A stretch of 64,000 nucleotides of DNA from an uncultured Candidatus Saccharibacteria bacterium. GTDB lineage: Bacteria; Patescibacteriota; Minisyncoccia; Phycocordibacterales; DATDWN01. Below the pieces are notes generated by a model. That model made no database searches and was not told the origin of the DNA. It saw only the letters and a list, made by a program, of their open reading frames with translations. How positions within the stretch are numbered: the first letter of the stretch is position 1; each line of letters opens with the position of its first letter. The DNA lies in assembly GCA_964576615.1 (NCBI GenBank), contig CAZNUU010000002.1:27428-91427 (forward strand), given 5' to 3'. Shown here piece by piece: positions 15,525-23,917 of the stretch. A program made the position numbers and the translations under genes.

Positions 15525-18500
15525 ATGTCGAAATTTACTCACCTCCACACTCATTCCCACTATTCTCTTTTGAATGCTCTGCCTAAAATTCCTGATCTTG
15601 TCTCTGAGGCAAAAAAGAGCGGAATGACTTCACTTGCCTTAACTGACAATTGCAATCTGTATGGAGCAATTGAATTTTTTAAAGAGTGTAAAAAAAAGGA
15701 AATAAAACCAATAATTGGTATTGATGCATATGTGGCATATCGCTCAAGACAAGACAAACAAGCTGGAATTGATAAAGAAAGGTATCGTCTAATACTTCTT
15801 GCAAAAAATGACACTGGTTACAAAAATTTAATAAAATTAGTCACCCTCGCCCATCTCGAAGGTTTTTACTACAAACCTCGCGTAGACAAAGAACTTCTAG
15901 AAAAATATTCCGAAGGACTAATTGCTATTTCCCCTTCCTTTTCTGGGGATATTGTTCAATCACTCAAATTGGCAAACGAAAACCAAGCTTTGGAGAGATT
16001 GGATTGGTATAGAAAGACATTTAAAGATGGTAGTGATGGCCCAAATTTTTATTTAGAAATTACTCATCACCCCGAAATGAAGGGTCATGAGGAGACGATA
16101 AAAAAAATCGTTGCATTCGCCCGAAAAACGAAGACTCCCCTGGTTGCCGCTCACGATGTTTATTATTTAAATCCCGAAGATAAAATTGCCAGACAGACCC
16201 TAATTGCAATTCAGTCTCAAAACGATGAAAAAATCGAAATAACAGAGGAAGATTTTTCTTTTATCTCCCCGAAACAAGCGGAAAAATTATTTAAAAACGA
16301 GCCAGATGCCATTGAGAACATAGAAAAAATTGTTGAGCGTTGCAATTTAGAAATTTCCATCGGGAAATGGTTTCTTCCTCCTTTCGAAATCAAAGGCCAA
16401 AGCCACGATGAGGCATTTAGAAAAATGGTTTTAGAGGGTCTCAAGAAGAGAAATTTAAAAAACACCAAAGAGATAGAAGATAGAATTGAATACGAGTTAA
16501 AAATTATTACGGACAAGGGCTACTCACCTTATTTTTTAGTCGTGGCGGATCTTCTTAACTTTGCTCATACCAACGGAATCCTCACCACAACCAGAGGCTC
16601 AGCGGCAGGCTCTCTTGCCAGTTATCTTTCTGGAATTACTAATGTAAACCCAATTTTTTATAATTTGCCGTTTGAAAGATTTCTAAACCCTGAGAGACCC
16701 AGCGCACCAGATATTGACATGGATTTTGCAGATACTAGACGAGGCGAAATAATCGAGTATGCCAAAAGAAAATATGGAGAAAATCGGGTAGCTCAAATTG
16801 GAACATTTGGTACTATGGCCGCACGCGGTTCAGTACGTGATGTAACTCGTGCCTTGGGTTTTCCTTACACCCTGGGAGATCAGATTGCTAAGTTAATTCC
16901 AATGGGTGCTCAAGGTTTCCCAATGACAATCGAAAGAGCCATGAAAGAAGAGCCTGACCTTAAAACACTGTATCAAAGCAACTCAGATGTAAAAAATATT
17001 ATTGATATGGCAAAAAAGATCGAGGGTTGTGCAAGACACATTTCGGTTCATGCTGCGGGCATGGTTATTGCACCAACCGAATTAACTGATTTTGTAGCTC
17101 TGCAATACGATACCAAGGGCGATAACAATATCATCACTCAATACGACATGCATTCAATCGGTGAAGACGGAGCAGGACTTTTAAAATTTGACATTCTGGG
17201 TATACGTAACCTCTCTATCTTGGCGGATGCGGTCAAGCGGGTGAAAAAAATTGAAGGTCTAGATATTGATGTGGAAAATGTGCCAATTGATGATAAAAAG
17301 ACTTTCGAAATGCTGGCTCGCGGCGAAACTGAAGGGTTATTTCAATTAAACGGCGATGGTATGACCAGGTCTCTCATGGAACTTAAGCCGACAGTTATTT
17401 TCGACATTAACCTTATGGTGGCACTTTATCGACCTGGACCAATGGAAAATATCCAGGAGTATATTAAAAGAAAGCATGGTCAAAAACCTGTAACTTACAT
17501 TCATCCAAAAATGAAAAGCTTTTTGGATAAAACTTATGGAGTATTGGTTTACCAAGATGATCTTATTTTAACTGCAATTGAAGTGGCAGGTTACAGTTGG
17601 GGCGAGGCAGATAAATTTAGAAAGGCTGTTGGTAAAAAAATCCCAGAAGAAATGGCCAAGCAACACGTTAAGTTCGTGGAAGGTTGTGTTAAAAACGGCG
17701 GCATGACTGAAAAAGCCGCGGAGGATTTATGGAAACTCTTTGAACCTTTCCAGGGTTACGGCTTTAACAAAGCGCACGCTGCAAGTTACGGTAAAGTCGC
17801 TTACCAAACTGCCTACATGAAAGCACACTTCCCCGCTATTTACATGTCCGCTGTGCTCACCGCAGAATCTGGGGATGTTGAGACTGTAGCAATCATGATA
17901 AATGAATGTAAGAGACTGGGCATTCCAGTTCTACCACCCGACATAAATTATTCCTTTGAAGGTTTTGGGGTAAATAAGGCTCAAAAAAGTGGGGCTAAAC
18001 CGAGCGATAACTCGGTCGCCCGATCCAGTGAAGCTGGATTTAGGGAGAAAGATACAATCAGATTTGGATTAACCACAATAAAAAACTTTGGGGAGGGAGT
18101 GGGAACATCGATTGTAGAAGAGAGAAAGAAAAATGGGCCATTCAAATCTCTATCTGATTTTTTGACTCGCATAAAAGACAAAAACTTAAACAAGAAATCA
18201 CTCGAATCACTGATAAAATCTGGGGCTATGGACTCGTTTGGGGATAGAAATCTGCTCCTCCATAACTTAGATCGTCTGCTTCAATTCAACAAGGAACAGC
18301 GTGGGAAGGAGTCTGAGCAAGATTCTTTATTCGGAAATTTGGGCGAGAGTGTCAAAGCTGCTGACATTCACCTTGAGAGAGCTGAAAACACAACTTTAGG
18401 TAACAAACTGATGTGGGAAAAAGAACTCCTAGGGTTATACATTTCTGGACATCCACTGGAGAGTTTTAAAAGTAAACTTGAAGCAAAAACTAGTATCAAA

Positions 18501-18773
18501 AACATAAAAGAGAAAACAAAAGAACGAGATCCTGTGGTGGTAGGTGGAATCATAGAAGAAATGAAAAGTACTTTGACCAAAAGTGGGGATAAAATGGTTT
18601 TTCTTAAAATCGCTGACCTGTCGGACTCAATCGAAGCGGTTGCCTTTCCAAAAATATTCGAAGAATTTAAGGACATTTTAATCGCCGAGAATTGTGTGGT
18701 TATAAAAGGTACACTTTCAACTAGAAATGGGGGTAAATCAATTCTGGTGGATAAAGTAAAAATGATGGAGTAA
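15525..18773 (+). CDS. dnaE: DNA polymerase III alpha subunit, with in-frame mini-element insertion
   Basis: 1082 aa, PHP domain HLHTHSHYSLL. Insert peptide AKPSDNSVARSSEAGFREKD is encoded by the element at 17983-18035. Confidence 0.95.
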   Translation: MSKFTHLHTHSHYSLLNALPKIPDLVSEAKKSGMTSLALTDNCNLYGAIEFFKECKKKEIKPIIGIDAYVAYRSRQDKQAGIDKERYRLILLAKNDTGYKNLIKLVTLAHLEGFYYKPRVDKELLEKYSEGLIAISPSFSGDIVQSLKLANENQALERLDWYRKTFKDGSDGPNFYLEITHHPEMKGHEETIKKIVAFARKTKTPLVAAHDVYYLNPEDKIARQTLIAIQSQNDEKIEITEEDFSFISPKQAEKLFKNEPDAIENIEKIVERCNLEISIGKWFLPPFEIKGQSHDEAFRKMVLEGLKKRNLKNTKEIEDRIEYELKIITDKGYSPYFLVVADLLNFAHTNGILTTTRGSAAGSLASYLSGITNVNPIFYNLPFERFLNPERPSAPDIDMDFADTRRGEIIEYAKRKYGENRVAQIGTFGTMAARGSVRDVTRALGFPYTLGDQIAKLIPMGAQGFPMTIERAMKEEPDLKTLYQSNSDVKNIIDMAKKIEGCARHISVHAAGMVIAPTELTDFVALQYDTKGDNNIITQYDMHSIGEDGAGLLKFDILGIRNLSILADAVKRVKKIEGLDIDVENVPIDDKKTFEMLARGETEGLFQLNGDGMTRSLMELKPTVIFDINLMVALYRPGPMENIQEYIKRKHGQKPVTYIHPKMKSFLDKTYGVLVYQDDLILTAIEVAGYSWGEADKFRKAVGKKIPEEMAKQHVKFVEGCVKNGGMTEKAAEDLWKLFEPFQGYGFNKAHAASYGKVAYQTAYMKAHFPAIYMSAVLTAESGDVETVAIMINECKRLGIPVLPPDINYSFEGFGVNKAQKSGAKPSDNSVARSSEAGFREKDTIRFGLTTIKNFGEGVGTSIVEERKKNGPFKSLSDFLTRIKDKNLNKKSLESLIKSGAMDSFGDRNLLLHNLDRLLQFNKEQRGKESEQDSLFGNLGESVKAADIHLERAENTTLGNKLMWEKELLGLYISGHPLESFKSKLEAKTSIKNIKEKTKERDPVVVGGIIEEMKSTLTKSGDKMVFLKIADLSDSIEAVAFPKIFEEFKDILIAENCVVIKGTLSTRNGGKSILVDKVKMME
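17983..18035. repeat. Mini-element family I, copy 3 (reverse orientation), in-frame in dnaE
   Basis: ggctaaaccgagcgataactcggtcgcccgatccagtgaagctggatttaggg is the reverse complement of copy 1 over ~30 nt. Encodes the same ARSSEAGFREK peptide as the helicase copy. Confidence 0.75.
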
Positions 18774-18784
18774 ACGTTTCATAG

Positions 18785-18923
18785 GTAATCTCCGAAAAAA
18801 CACTCGGCTTCTCCAGCGGAAGCCTCGTTCGGTACTCGACGCCTCGTTGTCAAGAGCCTCTCGCTTGCTCGAGGTCATTGACAACGCCATGCTCGGCGTC
18901 TGCGTATGTTTTTCGGAGATTAC
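18785..18923. repeat. Large nested palindrome immediately downstream of dnaE
   Basis: Perfect 15-bp terminal inverted repeat gtaatctccgaaaaa / tttttcggagattac. Inner palindromes gacgcc..ttgtcaa / ttgacaa..ggcgtc and ggcttc/gaagcc. Confidence 0.7.
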
Positions 18924-19041
18924 TTCTTACACTTGTGGTTAGGGAAGCATGTGCTATGTTTTAAAATAATGAATTTGGTTAAAAGTTGTAATAAGAAAAG
19001 ATCTCGCACTGACACGATACGAGATCTTGTCTTGTGCGAGA

Positions 19042-19287
19042 TCAACAGTTGAGGAGAAGGAACGGGACCGTATTTTCTCCCTCCGGGACATCGCCAATGA
19101 GGTCACGAGTAAAGTACGGAAATGTCCCCTTACCACCCGCAGGAGGTTTTTGTTCGCCATTACGGGTCAAACGATACCGACCACGTGCGAGGATACTTCC
19201 GTCGCCCAGATCGATTTCGTCACCTGTCGCGAGATCGCGATCGACTTCTACGAGCAACCAGAGCCCAGGTCCGATAATTGCTTGCAT
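19042..19287 (-). CDS. Hypothetical protein, GC-rich cassette 3
   Basis: 81 aa. SD AAAGGA. Hairpin terminator at 18996-19031. Overlapping ORFs in all frames (GC-rich), so the call is weak. Confidence 0.3.
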   Translation of the reverse strand: MQAIIGPGLWLLVEVDRDLATGDEIDLGDGSILARGRYRLTRNGEQKPPAGGKGTFPYFTRDLIGDVPEGENTVPFLLLNC

Positions 19288-19380
19288 GAGTGTTGTCCTT
19301 TCTAGGGCATAGATTACTAGAAACTAAACGAGTGTCAAATGAAAATGCGCCGGGGATTCCGGCGCATTGGGTACGAGCGA

Positions 19381-19623
19381 TTACGATTGACTTCGCTCGT
19401 GTTCAAGCATTTTCCGAGTTTGTCGAAACCTCGAATTCAAGACTCGGTCGCTGGACTTCCTCACATAGACCATGGAAGAAGCAGCAAGAACACAGACGGT
19501 TGCAGGGATGAAGTAGTAAACATTGCGGGAAAACCACCCTGTCGCAAAAAAGATTGCGCACAGAACCCAGGTCAGGCTCTCGGTGTTTTGCCACCATCGG
19601 CTCGACCAAATCGTTTTGTTCAT
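19381..19623 (-). CDS. Hypothetical 2-TM membrane protein, GC-rich cassette 3
   Basis: Perfect SD AAAGGAGG 4 nt before ATG. Terminator aatgcgccgg..ccggcgcatt at 19345-19372. Confidence 0.5.
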   Translation of the reverse strand: MNKTIWSSRWWQNTESLTWVLCAIFFATGWFSRNVYYFIPATVCVLAASSMVYVRKSSDRVLNSRFRQTRKMLEHERSQS

Positions 19624-19673
19624 TTCGCCTCCTTTACAAATAAATCAAAATTATTTTTCGATGTCAATACAAT

Positions 19674-19701
19674 GTTGACAAAATCAATAGAAAAATTAAT
19701 A
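19674..19701 (+). promoter_or_regulatory. Sigma70-like promoter (TTGACA-16/17-TAATAT) for the thrS leader
   Basis: ttgacaaaatcaatagaaaaattaatat. The -10 ends ~7 nt before the leader-peptide ATG. Confidence 0.55.
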
Positions 19702-19707
19702 TAAAAT

Positions 19708-19752
19708 TATGAAATCCATAAGAACAACAACCACAACTAGACTGACCCTTTA
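19708..19752 (+). CDS. Thr-codon-rich leader peptide (MKSIRTTTTTRLTL) upstream of thrS
   Basis: ATG AAA TCC ATA AGA ACA ACA ACC ACA ACT AGA CTG ACC CTT TAG. Five consecutive Thr codons, stop overlaps the antiterminator segment. Confidence 0.55.
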
Positions 19753-19779
19753 GTTCGAAGGTTGTTTTTCCTCAAACAA

Positions 19780-19813
19780 ATTAACGGCCCTCGAACAGAG
19801 GGTCGTTAATTTT
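19780..19813 (+). terminator. Attenuator terminator in the thrS leader (12-bp stem + TTTTT)
   Basis: ttaacggccctc-gaaca-gagggtcgttaa-ttttt. Upstream segment agttcgaagg (19751-19760) can pair with ccctcgaac as an antiterminator. Confidence 0.6.
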
Positions 19814-19853
19814 TGGCTAGATTATTAAACTAAAACAAGATAACATTAAATAT

Positions 19854-21113
19854 ATGTCGGAACATAAAACAAGAGAAAATAACGGCGAGATGGACGAGAA
19901 TGACCATCGAGTGCTAGGTAAGGAACTGGATCTATTCACTTTCTCAGATACAGTTGGCAAAGGCCTACCCCTTTATACCGAAAAGGGCGCGGCTATTCGT
20001 CGTGAGCTAGAAAGATTTATCATCGATGAAGAAATAAGACGCGGCTACAAACACGTTTCGACTCCGGATATAGCAAAACTAGATCTGTACGAGAAATCTG
20101 GTCACTATCCCTATTACAAGGATTCAATGTATGCGCCAATTGAAATTGATGAGGAGAAATTCATGCTGCGGCCAATGACTTGCCCCCATCATTTTGAACT
20201 TTATCTATCAAGACCAAGAAGCTATCGTGAATTACCAATGCGCATCGCCGAAGTAGCCAAACTTTATCGCTACGAAAATTCTGGCAATCTTGCGGGATTG
20301 GTACGGGTCAGATCTTTCTGTCTCGCCGATGGTCACATTATTTGTGCCGACAAAGATCAAGCTAGAGAAGAAGTAAAAGCCGCGCTTAGACTTATTGAAG
20401 ATGTTGTAGGAGTTTTTGGTTTGAAGAAAAATGAGGATTTTTGGTACAGACTTTCTTTGGGCGACCGCAAAGATGATAACAAATACTACAAAGATGACGC
20501 GGCTTGGGATGAGGCAGAGGGAGTCTTGCGAGAAGTTTTACAGAATCAGGATGTAAGATTTGAAGAGGCTGAAAACGAGGCTGCCTTTTACGGACCGAAG
20601 ATAGACATCCAGATGAAAGACGCTCGCGGCCAGGAAAATACTGCCTTTACTGTGCAATACGATTTCGTTATGCCAAAAAGATTCCACTTGGTTTACGTCG
20701 ACAAAGATGGCAAAGAGAAACTAGCGATAGTAATTCACCGTTCTTCCATTGGCGCAACCGAAAGAATAATGGCTTTCCTCATTGAAAAATACCGAGGTAA
20801 CTTTCCTCTCTGGCTGTCCCCTGTTCAAGTTAAAGTTATTCCGGTTCGAGAAAATCATAACGCTAAAGCTCGAGAAATTTTTGAAATGCTCCGCGATGCT
20901 GGAATTCGTGTTGAAATAGATGAAGCGGATGAAAATCTCGGCTCCAAAGTTCGTGATGCCAAAGTAAATAAAATTCCTTACTGGGTTGTTATTGGCGACA
21001 AAGAAGTTGAGTCTGGCAAACTTGCTTTGGAATCTCGCGATGGTAAAAAATCTGAACTTGATTCAGAAGAGCTTCTCGCCAAACTCCAAAAAGAAATTAA
21101 AGAAAAGAAATAA
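19854..21113 (+). CDS. thrS: Threonyl-tRNA synthetase, short form (catalytic core + anticodon-binding domain only)
   Basis: 419 aa. DHRVLGKELDLF and class II motifs. Lacks the TGS/editing N-terminal ~240 aa. Confidence 0.85.
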   Translation: MSEHKTRENNGEMDENDHRVLGKELDLFTFSDTVGKGLPLYTEKGAAIRRELERFIIDEEIRRGYKHVSTPDIAKLDLYEKSGHYPYYKDSMYAPIEIDEEKFMLRPMTCPHHFELYLSRPRSYRELPMRIAEVAKLYRYENSGNLAGLVRVRSFCLADGHIICADKDQAREEVKAALRLIEDVVGVFGLKKNEDFWYRLSLGDRKDDNKYYKDDAAWDEAEGVLREVLQNQDVRFEEAENEAAFYGPKIDIQMKDARGQENTAFTVQYDFVMPKRFHLVYVDKDGKEKLAIVIHRSSIGATERIMAFLIEKYRGNFPLWLSPVQVKVIPVRENHNAKAREIFEMLRDAGIRVEIDEADENLGSKVRDAKVNKIPYWVVIGDKEVESGKLALESRDGKKSELDSEELLAKLQKEIKEKK

Positions 21114-21119
21114 GCGAAG

Positions 21120-21150
21120 AGCCCGCCAGAGGTTGCTGACGGGCTCATGA
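21120..21150. terminator. Bidirectional terminator between convergent thrS and the zinc-finger gene
   Basis: gagcccgccagaggttgctgacgggctc hairpin. Confidence 0.55.
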
Positions 21151-21158
21151 ATGTACTC

Positions 21159-21650
21159 TTAGGAGTGGAAACGGTCAGTAGGCGGAAGAAGACGGCTGAG
21201 CTGCTCCCGACGTTGCCTGAGTTCGTCGATCTCGCGTTCCGCAGCCTTTCCTCGCTGGACAGTCTCATCCTTGTCGGAAATGAGTTGATCAGTCCGTAGC
21301 AGTTCGTGCCGCCGCGCCTGGACCAGACCAAGTTTCAGGACATGGTCCAGGGCTTCAATGACACGGTAGATCGAGACTCTCCCCCCATCTGTAGGCAGAC
21401 TGCTCTGGACGGCCCCTAGTACGGAACCTGCGCTTACAGATTGCCATCTGGTGATGAGCTCGAGATCATCTGCCCGAACCCTGACGACACTGTCCAGACC
21501 CATCTCGAATGTGAGTTCAGTCGTGAGAAGGATGTCCTTGCAGACTTCCACACACTCATCGCAGATGTAAACCACCGGGCCAGAGATGAGCTTCTTCACA
21601 TCACACTGTGCCTTGTTGCAGAACGAACAACGAAGAATCTCTTTTGTCAT
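21159..21650 (-). CDS. Stand-alone ClpX-type zinc-binding domain protein with unknown GC-rich C-terminal domain
   Basis: [34 protein letters not shown] matches zf-C4_ClpX. No AAA+ domain. Start set to M7 (SD GAGAGGTG) because -10 TATAGT / -35 TTGACA on the minus strand place the TSS downstream of M1. Confidence 0.55.
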   Translation of the reverse strand: MTKEILRCSFCNKAQCDVKKLISGPVVYICDECVEVCKDILLTTELTFEMGLDSVVRVRADDLELITRWQSVSAGSVLGAVQSSLPTDGGRVSIYRVIEALDHVLKLGLVQARRHELLRTDQLISDKDETVQRGKAAEREIDELRQRREQLSRLLPPTDRFHS

Positions 21651-21701
21651 GCACACCTCTCTGTGCATGACTATACAAAAATATTTATAACTGTCAATAA
21701 A

Positions 21702-23825
21702 CTAGATATCTAAAGTGGCCTTAGTGGCATTTGATTGAATGAATGACTTTCTCGAAGGCACATCCGTACCCATAAGCACATCAAATATTTTGTCTGCAGA
21801 AACTGCATTTTCTATTGTCACTTGTTTGAGAACACGAGCCTTTGGATCCATAGTTGTCTCCCAAAGTTCTTCTGAGTTCATCTCTCCCAAACCTTTGTAG
21901 CGCTGGATTGAAATTTTTGGTGTCTTCGTTTTTGAAGCTTTTGCCTCAGCTTCTTCAACCTCTTCGGCTTCTTCGGATTCACTTGTTTCAGGGATAATCT
22001 CTGCTTCAGCTTTTATACTGTGTTTTTTCTTAAACGACTCCATTTCGTTCTCGGTGTAAACATAATGGATTTCCTTGCCCATTTTTATTTTGTAAAGCGG
22101 TGGTTGAGCAATGTAGATATAGCCGCCATCGAGAAGTGGTCTGAAGAATCTGTAGAACAATGTGAGGAGTAGCGTTCTTATGTGTGCGCCGTCCACATCC
22201 GCATCCGTTGCAATAATTATTTTATGATAGCGAAGTTTTGAAATATCAAATGTATCCCCTATTGCGGTACCCAAAGCGATAACTAGATTTTTTATTTGTT
22301 CGGATTCCAACATTCGATCTAGTCTTGCTCTTTCAATATTTAAAATCTTTCCACGCAGTGGCAATATGGCTTGAGTTTTTCTGTCTCTACCTGTTTTTGC
22401 AGTGCCTCCCGCAGAATCTCCCTCCACGATAAAGAGCTCCGACTCCTCAGCGGACTTAGACTGACAATCTGCAAGTTTACCCGGGAGAGTCATACCCTCC
22501 AATGCTCCTTTTCGTAAAACTGAATCCTTTGCTGCCTTTGCTGCCTTTCTAGCCTTAAGAGCAAGGATAACTTTGTTTATAATGGCCCTAGCGTCATCTG
22601 GATTTTCCTCAAGGAAATAAGTAAATGCCTCACCAAAAACCGTGGCTACAGCTGCTTGTGCTTCCACCGAACCAAGTTTACCCTTTGTCTGGCCCTCAAA
22701 TTGAATCTCTCGAAGTTTAACGGAGATAACCGCAGTTAGGCCCTCTAAAACATCTTCTCCTGTGAAGTTATCCTCACTCTCTTTTATAAGATTGTTTTTT
22801 CGGCCGTATGTGTTTAGTGTTCTGGTTAGTGCTGTTTTAAAACCAGTGACGTGAGTTCCTCCTTCAGGATTGTAAATATTGTTTGCAAAAGCTAGGAGCC
22901 TCGAAGAGACTTCGTCTACGTACTGAAGCGAAATCTCAACTGATTCGTATTCATTCGTTTTTTTCTCGACATAGAAAATATTCTTATGCAGTGGTTTAAG
23001 TGTCGCATTATAGAACTTAACGAGAGATAACAATCCACCCTCAAAGTAGAAAGACACAGATGGGATATCGAGTCCTAACTCTGAAATCTTAAACACATCC
23101 TCATCTTTTATCTTGCCAGTGTACTCACGCGCATCATTTACGGTAATTCGCATCCCTTTAACCAAATAAGCCTGTTGACGCATGTGATCCACAATCTTAT
23201 TAAAATCAAATTTAATATCAGGGAAAATAGCCTTGTCTGGTTCAAATGTCACAATCGTACCGGAAAGTTTGGTTGAACCAATCTTTTTAACAGCTGCTTT
23301 CCTTTTACCTTGCGCGTATTCTTGAAAATAAATTCCGCCATCTTTGTAAACCACTACTTTACAATAAATAGAAAGCGCGTTAACCACTGATGCACCTACT
23401 CCGTGAAGACCACCGGAAACTTTATAACCTCCACCTTCCCCGCCAAATTTTCCTCCCGCATGGAGCGTGGTCATGATTGTCTCCAAAGCGGAAACTTTGG
23501 TTTGTTTGTGAATATCAACTGGAATACCACGGCCGTTGTCAGTGACCCTCACCCGATTACCAGGAAGTAAAGTAACCTCAATATCGTTCGCAAAACCACC
23601 CATCGCTTCATCCCGAGCGTTATCAAATATTTCCGTAATCAAATGATGTAAACCATCAGGACCAGTTGTCCCAATGTACATTCCCGGACGCTTTCTAACG
23701 GGTTCTAGACCTTCTAGAACCTGGATGCTTTCAGCACTGTAGGAGTGGCCTCCACCGCTTGATTTTGAGCTAGATTTTTCGGCTTTTTCTTCCGTCTTTT
23801 TCGACTGATTTTTGGTTTTCGGCAT
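21702..23825 (-). CDS. gyrB: DNA gyrase subunit B (type IIA topoisomerase ATPase subunit)
   Basis: 707 aa. GLHHLITEIFDNARDE, Toprim EGDSAGG..., C-terminal tail. Confidence 0.85.
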   Translation of the reverse strand: MPKTKNQSKKTEEKAEKSSSKSSGGGHSYSAESIQVLEGLEPVRKRPGMYIGTTGPDGLHHLITEIFDNARDEAMGGFANDIEVTLLPGNRVRVTDNGRGIPVDIHKQTKVSALETIMTTLHAGGKFGGEGGGYKVSGGLHGVGASVVNALSIYCKVVVYKDGGIYFQEYAQGKRKAAVKKIGSTKLSGTIVTFEPDKAIFPDIKFDFNKIVDHMRQQAYLVKGMRITVNDAREYTGKIKDEDVFKISELGLDIPSVSFYFEGGLLSLVKFYNATLKPLHKNIFYVEKKTNEYESVEISLQYVDEVSSRLLAFANNIYNPEGGTHVTGFKTALTRTLNTYGRKNNLIKESEDNFTGEDVLEGLTAVISVKLREIQFEGQTKGKLGSVEAQAAVATVFGEAFTYFLEENPDDARAIINKVILALKARKAAKAAKDSVLRKGALEGMTLPGKLADCQSKSAEESELFIVEGDSAGGTAKTGRDRKTQAILPLRGKILNIERARLDRMLESEQIKNLVIALGTAIGDTFDISKLRYHKIIIATDADVDGAHIRTLLLTLFYRFFRPLLDGGYIYIAQPPLYKIKMGKEIHYVYTENEMESFKKKHSIKAEAEIIPETSESEEAEEVEEAEAKASKTKTPKISIQRYKGLGEMNSEELWETTMDPKARVLKQVTIENAVSADKIFDVLMGTDVPSRKSFIQSNATKATLDI

Positions 23826-23917
23826 AATGCTTATTATAGCAAATTGAGGACCCCTTGGCTAGTCATTTTTAGGCTCAAAACTTGAGTTTTTTAACGATTT
23901 TGGATAGACTAAGTTCT

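Noticed and set aside
19708-19853. T-box riboswitch upstream of thrS
   Set aside because: No T-box consensus (AATTAGGGTGGNACCGCG) or specifier-loop architecture is present. The Thr-codon leader-peptide attenuator model fits the sequence better.
23871-23892. Hairpin ggctcaaaacttgagtttttt upstream of pheS as a pheM-like attenuator
   Set aside because: It is only a 5-6 bp stem, and no Phe-rich leader ORF with an ATG is present in the leader.
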